NCBI GenBank assembly: GCA_000320545.1
Contig: ADNK01002633.1
Span: 1 to 64,000, forward strand
Direction: 5' to 3'
Length of the DNA stretch: 64,000 nt
DNA from: Bigelowiella natans CCMP2755
Taxonomy: Eukaryota; Protista; Cercozoa
Shown piece after piece: positions 11,341-22,790 of the stretch. Within the stretch, counting starts at the first letter, position 1. The number at the start of each line of letters is the position of its first letter. The translations under genes were made by a program, and so were the position numbers. The notes under the pieces are model-generated. The model was given only the letters and a program-made list of their open reading frames with translations, made no database searches and was not told the origin of the DNA.

Positions 11341-13653
11341 ATGCATCCATTTCTAACAAGTACAATAATGCACTACTCAGGTCAAGCCGAGGAGAAGGGG
11401 GGGGCCAATCCGTCCTTGTTTTCGCATAGAGGGGGAGAAAATTATCTTCCAGACTCACACAACATATGGAAACAGGTATGCAATTTTGACCAGCCTTGCC
11501 TCTCCATCGGAACCGCAGAATCACGAACGTATGGACACTTAGATTCGAAGGCGTCTGTGGAATTTGCGGGCATCTTTATTGGCAATGGCTGCCGTATCGA
11601 TTGTGTTCATCCCTATCATGGCGAGCGGTGTTTATCCGAAATGGCAAGTGATATACTCAATATGGTGCGAACCAATTCCCCCCCCCGTTGTTTCTGCCTT
11701 TTTCTCACTCCTTGTGCTGCCCTTGCCCCATGCCTCGTACAGGGTTGCGATGCTCCTGTTCGTCATGCTGATAGGGAAAGTATTCACGGAAGCGTATCTG
11801 GCTTTCATGGTCACGATCGCTCTTTCGTCGTCCCTGGTGTAGCGGACGTCAGAACCGTCACCAGGGGGTTTGGTAACAGCTTGCTCGCTGCCATCGGTCT
11901 TCTTTATGTAATCGCTAATGCAGTTCGGACGAGCACTGCGATGTCCTACGTGGCCCGTCACGTTCTAGGTAAGCCAGCAACTGTCCGTTGGGCATTGGCG
12001 AGGTTACTTCCGCCGGTTATGCTAATGTCCGGGTTCATGAGCAATACGGCAATAATCAGTATCATGGGGCCTGTAGTCCAGCATTGGGCGAAGGAGTGCC
12101 GTCTTCCAGCTCGGCCGCTGCTTCTGCCACTTAACTTCGCAACCATATTCGGAGGGATGCTCTCGGTCATCGGAACAAGCGCCAATCTCACCGCCCAGAC
12201 CTACGCGTCGCAGGACCGCAACAAGGCTTTTCACGACTTCGATTTCTTCGAGATTGGCTATGTCGGGCTGCCCTGCTGCATACTTGCATATGCATACTTG
12301 GTCATTATGGGGCCTATTATTCTCCGGGAGACGGAAGATAAAGTGGAAAACGGAGAGAGAAGGGTTGCAAGTGAGAGTCGGGCTGCAAGTATGAGAGGCC
12401 GCCTCCAAAGCGTGAATCGCTTCACCGCAGCTGTCATGATTAGGAAGCTCAATTCTTCTGAGAGAACTGCGGAGTCTGAGGGCTTCTGCGACTTTGAGAA
12501 CATCTGTTTGATCGAGGTTCGGAGAGCAAAGGAAGTGCGGCTCGGTTCAGTCAGCAGTAGCAGCTATAGCAGCTTCGGGGAGCACAAGTCATCAGCGCAC
12601 ACGACGATTAGGAAGAATCCTTCCAGAACTCTGCCCCTGCAGATCGGGGACATTCTAGTGTTCGAAGGGCAGTGCGAAGACATCGCCGCCTCGCTCTTTC
12701 AGAACTCAAACCTCGTGCCGGTCGGCTCGCGGCAGGCTGCAAAGCTCGAATCATCGCACAAAAAACGAAGACTGGTTAAGGCGGTTTTGGGCATTGGTAC
12801 TAGTCTGGAGGGGGAATCTGTCTTTTCGATCAGGTTCCGCCAAACGTTCGATGCGGTCGTCCTTGCCGTGCACAGAAAGTACTCGAAGCTGACAGAAGAT
12901 GTGCGGGATATCCAGCTTCAAGCGGGCGACGCATTGCTTATGGAGGTCTCAGAAGCGTTTATGCAGAACCATCTTCAAAACCCTGCCTTCATCTCCATTA
13001 CGGCATTGGATGGAGATCTCATATCTGTGTTACCCTCTGCTCGGCCGGCCGATGCAGTGGTTGCAGCATTGACAATGCTGATGATTGTCGTAACAGTCGC
13101 CACTAAAGTGGTGAGGCTTCCTACGGCGTGTTTGCTAGGGGTCTTCATCTTTCTCTTCACCAGAATCATATCGGAGAAGGATGTTCTGTCATCAATTTCG
13201 GGTCGAACACTGGTAATAATCGGCCTAGGTTTTGGCCTGGCCAACGTCCTTGTCGAGACAGGGACGTCACAAATTCTAGCTGATGGCCTTGCACAAATGG
13301 GATCCTTTTATACGGTGTTACTAGCCGTGTTCTTCCTAACTGCAACTGTCGCGAACGTCATCAGCCCCCCTGCCACGGTTTCGCTTTTATTTCCTGTTGT
13401 CTTTTCGATTCAAACTACCAACATAAACTATCATGTAGAGAAGGCGCTGGGGGTGCTGATGATTGCGGCCTCATGTTCAGTGGTCTCCCCTTACAGCTAC
13501 CAAACAAATATCATCATCATGGAGATTGGGGGGTACCATGCGAAGGACTTTGTTATGCTGGGCTTACCTTTAGTCCTTTTGACTGGATTACTGACATGCA
13601 CATTGGCAATGTGGGTTGTTTGGGGCGATGGTAAGGACTCATATTTGAGCTAG
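11341..13653 (+). CDS. SLC13/DASS-family Na+/sulfate-type cotransporter with TrkA-C domains (SLT/SAC1-like); apparent 1-nt frameshift near 11824
   Basis: Family motifs include GFGNS, MSGFMSNTAIISIMGPVV..WAK, LLLPLNFATIFGGMLSVIGTSANL, a TrkA-C-like segment (FRQTFDAVVLAVHR..IQLQAGDALL) and AASCSVVSPYSYQTNIIIMEIGGYHAKDFVMLGLPL. Probable exons: 11341-11475, 11543-~11663, 11743-13653. Confidence 0.9.
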   Translation: MHPFLTSTIMHYSGQAEEKGGANPSLFSHRGGENYLPDSHNIWKQVCNFDQPCLSIGTAESRTYGHLDSKASVEFAGIFIGNGCRIDCVHPYHGERCLSEMASDILNMVRTNSPPRCFCLFLTPCAALAPCLVQGCDAPVRHADRESIHGSVSGFHGHDRSFVVPGVADVRTVTRGFGNSLLAAIGLLYVIANAVRTSTAMSYVARHVLGKPATVRWALARLLPPVMLMSGFMSNTAIISIMGPVVQHWAKECRLPARPLLLPLNFATIFGGMLSVIGTSANLTAQTYASQDRNKAFHDFDFFEIGYVGLPCCILAYAYLVIMGPIILRETEDKVENGERRVASESRAASMRGRLQSVNRFTAAVMIRKLNSSERTAESEGFCDFENICLIEVRRAKEVRLGSVSSSSYSSFGEHKSSAHTTIRKNPSRTLPLQIGDILVFEGQCEDIAASLFQNSNLVPVGSRQAAKLESSHKKRRLVKAVLGIGTSLEGESVFSIRFRQTFDAVVLAVHRKYSKLTEDVRDIQLQAGDALLMEVSEAFMQNHLQNPAFISITALDGDLISVLPSARPADAVVAALTMLMIVVTVATKVVRLPTACLLGVFIFLFTRIISEKDVLSSISGRTLVIIGLGFGLANVLVETGTSQILADGLAQMGSFYTVLLAVFFLTATVANVISPPATVSLLFPVVFSIQTTNINYHVEKALGVLMIAASCSVVSPYSYQTNIIIMEIGGYHAKDFVMLGLPLVLLTGLLTCTLAMWVVWGDGKDSYLS

Positions 13654-13689
13654 CGAAAGAGTCGTCGGAAATCATGAGATCAACAAACA

Positions 13690-15280
13690 GACTCATGCAG
13701 GTTGTGGGACCAGCTTCAAAGCAAGAAAGAGCCCCCGGCACCTTCCTGGGCACATGCAAGTGCAGGCATACACATGCGCCTAGATCTAGAAATGCCGAAT
13801 AGTTCAGGCCACGTGTGTGAAGAAGACCATTAGTCCGTGTTTCCACGTGGTCACTTTGTTCATTGTTCGATCGATCTAGTTTTGCGGGACGAAATTGGTG
13901 AGGTCTAAGTTTTGCATGATGTTTACAGCAGCAATGATGTCTAGATGTGGCAAGTCAATGCGATGAATGCAGCAGATGCATGCTAGCATGCACCATTGCG
14001 ACAGCAGAATGAAGCCAATTGCACAGCGTCGCGTCTTCTTAGCTAATTAGTGCCCCACGTGCGAGCATCCCTGCTGCTAGCCTATCAACCCTGCACACAC
14101 CTGCTAGCCTGTTTGCATCCTCTAGTCCTAGTCCTGCAGATGACTGTGAATGTATAAATGGACACCAAGCGCGCATGTGCATGAACTAGTGAATGCTGGT
14201 CCTGCAATGAAAGCGTCACTAGTCACGTAGGCTAGTACTAGAGTGAGCCCATCATGCCATCACTAGACAAGATCATGAGCGCTGTGGCCGTGCCGGTGTT
14301 TTGCTAGTTTGCACAGCCGTGCGCGCACAGCTTGCACAGCTAGCTAGCTAGCTCTAGAGCTAGCCAGCGCGCGTGGCTGTCTGTTTGTTGTGTGCTCTCA
14401 AAAACGCCAGCACGCCGCGTGCCACGCCGCAAAATGTGCAGCTCACGTTTTGTGAATGAATCGAATGGACTAGTAGACGTGGATTCAGACGTGGTCAGCC
14501 AAGTGAGTCAAGCGCTGCCAGTGAGCTAGCATGAGGGATCGAACGGAACGATCCGAAGCGAGCAAAAAACTGAATGAACTAATGAAGGAGGAGGCGAACG
14601 ACGTTCTGATCGAACAAGATCAGACAAAAGAAGAAGTGTTTCGATTCGCATGCCAGTTTCGAAATTGCATTTCAAAAACGTTTGCATCACGCATCAGCGC
14701 ACTGCCAGACTGGCCGCCTGTTGCCGCACTCTCTGGCCCTCACAGCTGGCTAGCTGGACAGGCCAGCAGGCACCAACCAACACACTAGCGCACAAGCTGA
14801 AGAATGTGTGGAGTCATGGTTTCACTCATCCAATCAAGTCAGTAGTTCACAGCAGTCACGTCACAAGCTCAAGACCCGGCGCGGACGGCAAACCAACACC
14901 CAGGAACAACGGCAGCCTGTTGTGCGAGCCGAGCTGAACAAGCACAATGCCAGAATGGTGAACAGCGTGAACGAAGCGGATGGATTTGTTCCATTGGAGC
15001 AGTTGTCAAGGATCATTAGTGCCCTGTCTCACCGGTGCGACTCCTCAAACACGCCAACTGAAGCACGCACCTGGGTCGCCAACAAGGGTTTGTTTTGCGC
15101 TCACCGGTTGCGTGCATGCGGGACTTTCCAGCTTTGACGGATCCAGGGATGATCTTAGAACTCCAACGAAAGATGATCAAACGAGCGACGCGAGTTTCCC
15201 CCCCGAACCATCCAGCGAGCCCAAGAGCTCACAGCGCTGTGTGGGTTTGAACAATGAACAATGAACAATGAACAAGAGAG
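13690..15280. mobile_element. Degenerate TpA-depleted island, probably a decayed transposon or other foreign DNA
   Basis: One TA in 14881-15120 (240 nt, manual count), (CTAG)n runs at 14338-14362, Tyr-free ORF remnants (14531-14788, 14808-15137) and (TGAACAA)x4 at 15248-15274. Confidence 0.55.
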
Positions 15281-15704
15281 AGTGATTCGAGGTGCCAGGA
15301 TGATTGAAAAAAATCGATTTCTCATGTGCGAATGATAGCGAATGCGAAGTTTCGGAAAAAGCGGGGGGAACACTTGTCGTCTTCAAAATGTCTCCCGCAC
15401 AATGCGTTCCAGCAACCGATTCTCTGCCTGATTGTGTCCGATTCTACCGCGACTAGCCCAAATCAAGTTTTGAAATCCATAATGTCGTGCATATTCGATG
15501 AAAGACAATCACAATGTCAAGGATTTACGAGTAATTCTTCGACCTTTTCCGCCCATCCGTGCTCGATCTGAAAAATCCTTGGTGCCGCGCACATTCACAA
15601 AGCTCTTTGTGAGCACGAGGAGAGGAGAGTCAACCCAGCAAAAGGACAGAAATTACCATCAGTAGGACAGGAGGAAAATCGATTGAAGAACGGCAATCGG
15701 AACT

Positions 15705-16193
15705 ATGGCGGATTATAAAAGGTAGGTGTTTATGCGTTGTTTTTTTTTCAAAACATATACTGTGTAACATCATGTGCCTGCGTGTAGAAAGAACACCCTT
15801 CTGCTGTCTAATTATCGAAAAGTTCTGGGGAAAGGGAGGAAATCCCAGATACGGTGTATGTCTCGGGACTGCCCGAAGGTTGCACAGAGCAACAGGTTAT
15901 TGAGCACTTCAAACAAATCGGAATTATCAAGGTAGCAAGATACAGCGTTCAATGTCCGTCCCAATGATGGTGGGATGCCACTTTTACTTACAACTTCTTC
16001 CTTCAACTAATGGATTTTCCACGTATCCCTGTGTGGCTGTCACACACCAGATGCAACGAGGAAAGGGCCGCTTCGCGAAAAAGTCGGAAAAGGTTTACAT
16101 GTATAGAAATCCGGACGGCAGCACGAAGGGAGACGCCTCAGTGACATATGTTGATGACGATTCAGCAAAAGCAGCAGTGGAGTGGTTCAATGG

Positions 16194-16235
<42 letters not shown>

Positions 16236-18222
16236 CTAATGCTCGCTAATAAGCTTTGATCGTTTCGGAAGATGTGAGATGATTACGATTGCAATCCCGG
16301 GCCGTCGTTGACAATATTATCGTCCGATACTCAGGCAAACCTTTCAACAAAGGAGCAATCATTTCTGTTTCTATAGCGACAAGAAAGAAAAGGGGCGGCT
16401 ACGGTGGATACGGGGATGGGGGAGGCGGCGGCCGTTATGGTGGCGGCGGGAGAAGAAGCAGCTACGGTGGAGGAGGAGGAGGGGGCGATCGTGGTGGCCG
16501 TGGGGACGGATACCGTCGCGGTGGTGGGGGGGGAGGATACGGAGATAGAGGCGGAGGAGGAGGTTATGGAGACAGAGGCGGAGGAGGAGGTTATGGGGAT
16601 AGAGGAAGGGGAGGAGGAGGAGGAGGATACGGAGACAGAGGAAGAGCAGGAGGAGGAGGAGGGTATGGAGACAGAGGTGGAGGAGGGGCGCCGCGACAAG
16701 AAACTTCGGCTGCAGCCCAGCCTGCTGCTGCTGCTGCTACTACTTACGCTGCTAGGGCTGCTGCTCCTGCAAAGCCAGCTGACCAGCAATCAGGGGCAGC
16801 CCCAACACCTGCAGCAGCCGCTCCGGAAGGAGGAGGAGGAGGAGGAGGAGGAGGAGGAGGAGGATCGTCACAAGGAGGTGGCTACGCAGCTGCAGCCCCT
16901 CCAGCAACTAGCTCTGGGGCAGAGTATAGTTACAGGGGAGGAGGAGGAGGAGGAGGAGGAGGAGGAGGATATGGAGACCGAGGATATGGAGACCGAGGAG
17001 GGGGAGGAGGAAGAGGCGGTGAAGCGATTTCTCTCTATGTTGGGAACCTCAACTTTAGGTCGAGGAGAAGTGGTGTAGTGTTATAAGTCGGGGGTAGAGT
17101 GTGGAGCAGCGCAATTGATTGATTAATTGATTGGTTGATGGATTCCCTCCCCCTCCTCCCCCCCCCCCTGCTCCCTTGATCCCTTGACAACCATTCGGAA
17201 TATTTTATCAACTGCAGATCAGTATGTGTTATCTTTGTTGACTAGTCTGTTGGTGGCACGCAGCATTTAACCGTGATTACTTCCGACCCCTCCCTCCACC
17301 TAACTTAACTATTCGTATTTCATCATGCTGCAACCTCTGCGAACTACTCTCAGGACGGAAAACCGGGACCTTGAACATGCGTTTTCTAAATTCGCGAAAT
17401 CCGGTCGTCTGGTGGAGGCAACCGTTGCTACCGACCGGGAGACCCAGAGGAGCCGCGGCTTTGGATTCGTCAAGTTTGAGTCGAAGCAAGACGCCGATGT
17501 ACACATCTTTTGCGCACCTTTTCGAAACTAAGAATAAGTCTTGCCTTCTTTCAATCAGCCAGAAACGGGCGTTTCCCTCACCGCCACGAGTAATGGGTGT
17601 TTTTTTACTTCTTCTTCATCTCTATTCTTATCCTTAGGACGCTGTGGCGGAAATGGACGGCGCAGACCTCGGTGGGAGGAACATTCGAGTCAACATCTCG
17701 CGCCCTGGTGGTGGGAGAGGCCGGGGAAGAGGCAGAGGAGGAGGAGGAGGAGGATATGGTGGAAGAGGGTATGGAAGGGGGGGGGGGGGGAGAGGTTATG
17801 GAGGAGGAGATCGCTATGGAGGAGGAGGAGGAGGAGGAGGATACGGAGGGAACCGTTACGGAGGAGGAGGAGGAGGAGGAGGGTACAGCAGCTACGGTGG
17901 TGGGGGGGGTGGGGGCAGCTATGGTGGGGGAGGGGGAGGTTACGGCGGCGGTGGCGGTCAACAACAGTATTACCAGCAGCAAGGTAGCAGCCAATATTCC
18001 GGAGGAGGCGGAGGATATGGTGGCCAGCAAGCATCATCTGGCTATCAATATGGTGGTGGTGCTGGTGGCGGCGGCGGCGGCGGCAGCAGCAGGGATAGCC
18101 GTCGCGAAGAATACAACTCACGGTCAAGAAGGGACCGAGGACGGGATCGAAGCCCTGACTACAACAGACGTGGAGGCGGTGGTGATGGTCAATATGCTAG
18201 GGATAGAGACGACAGGCGGTAG
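15705..18222 (+). CDS. FET-family (FUS/EWS/TAF15-like) RRM + RGG protein with a second glycine-rich-RBP-type RRM and a Gly/Tyr-rich tail
   Basis: RRM1: [28 protein letters not shown]|..[34 protein letters not shown]|[14 protein letters not shown] (FET signature), followed by GYGDRG repeats. RRM2: [10 protein letters not shown]|[33 protein letters not shown]..|[22 protein letters not shown]. Stop at 18222. Confidence 0.9.
16192..16236. repeat. (ACT)n microsatellite starting at an intron donor
   Basis: gtactactactact... directly after the exon ending WFNG. Confidence 0.95.
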
Positions 18223-18349
18223 CACCTACTACTCTAGTGGTGTGGGAGTATTCGTACCTCTCCAGCGAGGAAGAGGAGGAAGAAATCTTCACGTCTCCAC
18301 TTTTACCGCATAATCAATTTTGGTTGGTCATCTGCTGCCTGGCCTACCT

Positions 18350-21300
18350 AGCTCACAGTAGATGGCATCTTTTGCGTCCCAATGCCGCCGTTTGTTGAAT
18401 GCCGTCGCACGTGCGGCGTGTGCATGTCGAATTTGATGCAAACCGTGCTAGCGTGATGCGGTGCGAGGAGCACCGCAGTGATAGATCGATCGATTTCGTT
18501 CATTTTTTCCCGATGAATGCATGACAAATAATTGTTACGATACTGCACAGCCCCCTCATACACATCTAGAACTAGCACATGCGCATGCATGCTAGCATGC
18601 TCCCCCTGCTAGCCTGCTGCCTGCTGTGCTAGCTAGCTAGCTGTGTCTCGACTTTTTCATTGCGTCATCACAATGTTGCGATGACGTAGCGAGTGTTGCA
18701 TTGCGGACCTGCGATGCAAGTTCACATTCAGTCAACTGTGTGGCCTGCAGGGCTGTCTAGCTGTGGAGGGTATGCTAGCGTACCCAGTTTCAGAACACAT
18801 GTTCTCTGGCTAGCTAGCTAGCTGGGACATGTGTGACTAAGCTCACATGTGTGCTGTTCATACGTGCGTGCGCTACGCATGCTGCATGACCTGTGGCGGG
18901 GCTGTCGTGGACAACATGCATGCAAAACAACTCCAATCAAAATTCACGCAGCTACACAACCAGCAGAAACTTGTAACATCGGCTTTGCGAGCATGGTGGG
19001 CGCACCAAATTTCATCAAAAAGCTTGGAAGCCCACAAAAAAACATTCCACACATTGCGAATGCACTCTGGTGGACTCTGACGAGCTCCTGGTGGCTTCTG
19101 GTGGCTTCTGGTGCGCTCAAACACCTTCAAATGACCGCCAAAGCCGCTTCGCCAGCTTCGCTCGCGCTCGCAACATTGCATCACTGAGGAGGAGGAGGAG
19201 GAGGAGGAGGAGGATTTGATGTTCTTAATTTCCCTCTTTTTTCGTACGTGCATGCACCACTGTTTCTTTGGCTGCTGCTACTGCCATTTGCTGCTACTAG
19301 CCCTTGCATGAGATGCATTGCACATTGTTGCGCGGAATGTGCAAAAAATCGATGCTTGAATTTTTTTTGCAACGCGACGTTCATTCTCAAAAAAATGTTT
19401 TTTTGCTCCGAAATTCGCACCGTGTGCAACACCAGTGTGCCAATAAAAGTCTGCGCAATGCTCAATTGCACATTCACATGTCATTGGATCGAGTTGTCGT
19501 GTTCACAACAGCGTGAGGTTTTTCCAAATCTGAGGGTTGGAAAAAACCTGCAAAACCGCATGCAGAGAGCAGGAAATGCGCGCGCGTGCGCCCTGAAACT
19601 TGCTCGAGCGTCGTTTCTCATCACGTTCGAAAGTTTTCAAGCGTCACTTGGTGTGGTGTTGCGTTGCATGCTGCAGCACCCAGAGTGTCACATGGTTTCC
19701 GCTGGTTGTGTAGCTAGCATGGCTTCTGGAACAATTCCTGACTTTTTTTTTGTTTTTTCCCGTCCGTGAACAATAACAAATTTGTCATCATCTCTAGCAG
19801 CTAGATCTAGCATGACAGATCTTGGCAACCAGCCAATAGACATGCTAGCATGCATCTGTGCCAGTGTGTGTCCATCATGCGCAGGCGTGCTAGCACAACG
19901 TTGTGAGCGTGGCGCAACAGATCCTGGGATCCATTGCAGCAATGATGCCATGCAAAGCGTGCCAATTTTTGCAAGTGATTTGCTAGCGCCATGATGGCTG
20001 CGCTGTGCAGACTGCAGAAATTGCCTGCACACCTACGCTAGCACGCCAGCACGCTCGCTCGCATGCAACGCTCTAGTCATGCTTGCTCTTTGATCATGTC
20101 CATGTCGATGTGTCGCAACGCATTCAACGATTCCAGATTTGCTAGTTTGCATGGCGATGATCGACAATGCGAATGTGTGCAACGAGCTTTGATGAAAAAC
20201 CATTTGCAATGTGACAAATGTGCATTGCTAGATTGCTGGCGCCGGTTCTAGCTAGCTAGGCTAGTGGGGCTGAACAAACTGTTCGATCAAACGAATCAAT
20301 GTGCTTCCGAAAACGGTTCGCGTTGGTGCGTCAAGCACCGCCATGTCAGCTAGCTAGCTAGCCAGCATGCTAGCATGGCTGTTTGTTGGCGACGTGCCAT
20401 TCATTTGAATGAAAATTTGTGCTTGCATGTTGTGCAGCTAGCTAGCCAACGTAGCAGTGTGCTGGCATGGCGGCGGCAACTTTGTTGACATGCAACATTG
20501 CATTCGGTGTCATTTGGATTCATCATGGAGCCTAGCACAGCTCCGTCAAACCCGGCCACGACGGGGTTGTGAACAGTGCAGCGTTTTGCGACGCGCTTTG
20601 AAGCAGCAGGCAGTTGCAGTTGAAGAAAAGTTATTAGAACTTGTCCGATGGCCAAACCTAAAAAAATGACGTCAACATTGACCCAAATGTCCATTTTCAA
20701 GGCCTCAGTGAGCGCGCAAAGTGTGAAAATTGAGCCCCGTTGTGCAGAGGATGCACGCTGCGCGTTTGTTCTCTGCCACATTTTGAATGCTTTTGCGCGT
20801 GTGTTTGACCAAATGTGACATGCACGAAAAAATTCAAAGAATTTAAATGCGAGCAAATCCAATGTCCATCACATCACACAACGCGCTTGGTCGCGCGCAA
20901 AAGCTTTATAAATGCATGTTCTGGCGATTCGTTGCAGGTTTGGCGGACCTGTGAGGAGCCTGTGAAGGCGAGAGCTAGTCAAACTGCAACAGCCATCGAC
21001 TCGACTGCGCGATGCTAGATGACATGTAGCCTGTCTGTTGTGTGTGAGAGAACATCTAGAACATGCAAGTAGACCTTGCTAGCTTGTGGCAAGCCCGAAA
21101 GCTTTGATTAATGGTCTAGCCGCTTACTTTGCAATGGCCTATTGCGATGTGGGCTAGGCGGCGCAGCAGCGCGCGCTTTGACCGCTGTGTGGCAAGTAGT
21201 CCCAATTAAACCCAGCGAATTCCTACAAAATAGTACATGTGACGACAACGCTAGAACGCGATAACCAAAAGTGCGCACGCAGTTCAAGGAGAATGCATTG

Positions 21301-21700
21301 GGATGACCATGCATTCTTGAAAGTATAGCTGCTGCACTGCACAGCTTTAGATCGAGCTACATCCTATGAGGATGACCATTGAACAAATTTGATTCAATTG
21401 CATGCTAGCATGCATGACTGATGATCACATCCGTCTTGCATGCACGCATGTTGACTCATGATGTGCGCATTCTGTGTTTAAATGACGTGCGTGTTAGTTT
21501 CGTCATCATCAGAGCATGCTCAACATATATAATATGCTAGAATGATGCGCATTAACTAGAGCTAATGCGCATGTAATCGCACATGTAGTGCAAGCTAGCA
21601 GGCGCGCACAATGTACTAGTGTAGCTACTGGCGCACATCAACAATGATGCGTTGAATTCAACGCCTGCTAGCCAGTCTAGCAGTGCCATGGCACCGATCG
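18350..21700. mobile_element. Largest degenerate repeat island (TpA-depleted); reference copy of the dispersed family
   Basis: One TA in 19321-19680 (360 nt) and two in 20641-20880 (240 nt), with many CpG. Shares blocks with 7400-8510 and 53560-53770. Confidence 0.7.
21190..21300 (-). pseudogene. Mutated duplicate of an ABCG intron/exon junction (source ~24292-24378)
   Basis: aagtagtcccaattaaacccagcgaattcctacaaaatagtacatgtgacgacaacgctagaacgcgataaccaaaagtgcgcacgcagttcaaggagaatgc matches aagtcccaaacccagcgaattcctacagaatatgacgacgacgcgataaccaaaagagcgcacgcagtttcaggagaatgc, with short insertions. Confidence 0.85.
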
Positions 21701-22124
21701 AAGCAACTCTGAGACAATGCTGCTGGTGAAGAAGCAAAAGCGGACCATCACGCATTGTGTCGCAAGCACAACAACATGTTTCTTTTGTATAATTGTTCTT
21801 TTGTACATCTGACCGAACAAAGAGACTACGCACTTATTATATGTGCTGCCTTCATTTGGAAATTGTCGGCCAAAAAAAGTGCCCGAGGATCTATAACCGG
21901 AAAAGGCTGACATCCTTCGCTGCAGGCATTTAGAGCATGCCACATGGTGACGGTGTGGTGGTTCATAGCGGCATATGTACTTGGCCTCGAATGCTGGCGT
22001 CATCAGTCATGATTAGTCAAGGAAGCCAAAAACGCCTTAGATAGATACACCAAGGGGCGAAAGAGAGAGAACAACAGATCCCACACATGAAATCAGATTG
22101 GGTACAATAAACACGTGCTGTGCA

Positions 22125-22748
22125 TCATACCCTTGAGTTGACAGTGGTCTTTGTTCGTTTCGCTCGCTCTTCCTTCGCCTCAGAAGTTTCGCTCACGAGA
22201 ACCTCCTGAAAGACAAGAGAAGAGGGCCCATCATGTACCATACGTAAAACTCTCTAACAATTTAGATGTCCTCGAATACACAGAGGATAAGCGTATGCAC
22301 TCGATGGATTTCAAATGGTAGTTAAGCGTGCTTTGAACACCCACAGATGGCTCATGTTTCGCGTCATCCTTTTCATCTTTGCCTCCGTCATCAGCGTCTC
22401 CAAGAGTCTCGGTCTTGTTCTTGTTATTCAGTTTATCCATGGCAATCATGTCCACCTTTGCATCCTTTCACACCACACGGCAAGACGCATGTCAAACAAT
22501 AATATCAATACGGATTTGGGTGATACACCACGAGTTGCGGCTGCTACTGTGTGCGTTGTAGTGACATAATGTGTGTTTTGCGGGAGGAGACGCTGCTCTA
22601 TTGCGCTGCTCAAATGCTTCTGTTCTTGAGTATAGATAGATTATGTATATTTGCTGTAATAACAGAAGAAGGAGCAAGTAGGATTGCTGGTCTCAATGTT
22701 GAAGAAAAATATGCAGTGACGTCAACCGATGTTTTCAGCACACACACT

Positions 22749-22790
<42 letters not shown>

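Noticed and set aside
14808-15137. AHRLRACGT resembling a tyrosine-recombinase HxLR motif
   Set aside because: A single short motif in hypermutated sequence; the other catalytic residues are not identifiable.
15248-15274. (TGAACAA)x4 and other short direct repeats as a possible CRISPR or iteron array
   Set aside because: No spacers, eukaryotic context; a simple tandem duplication.
16404-18313. Glu-rich (+) and Ser-rich (-) long ORFs
   Set aside because: Alternative frames of the (GGA)n Gly codons of the RNA-binding protein gene.
18847-21018. Many overlapping 60-170 aa ORFs on both strands, Cys/His-rich
   Set aside because: They result from loss of TAA/TAG stops through TpA depletion; almost no Tyr and no recognisable domain.
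7400-21700. CpG-methylation decay or classical RIP as the cause of island composition
   Set aside because: CpG is plentiful and TpA is depleted, the opposite of both predictions.
21677-22003. 108-aa minus-strand ORF next to the ABCG 3' end
   Set aside because: No recognisable similarity; lies on the island margin.
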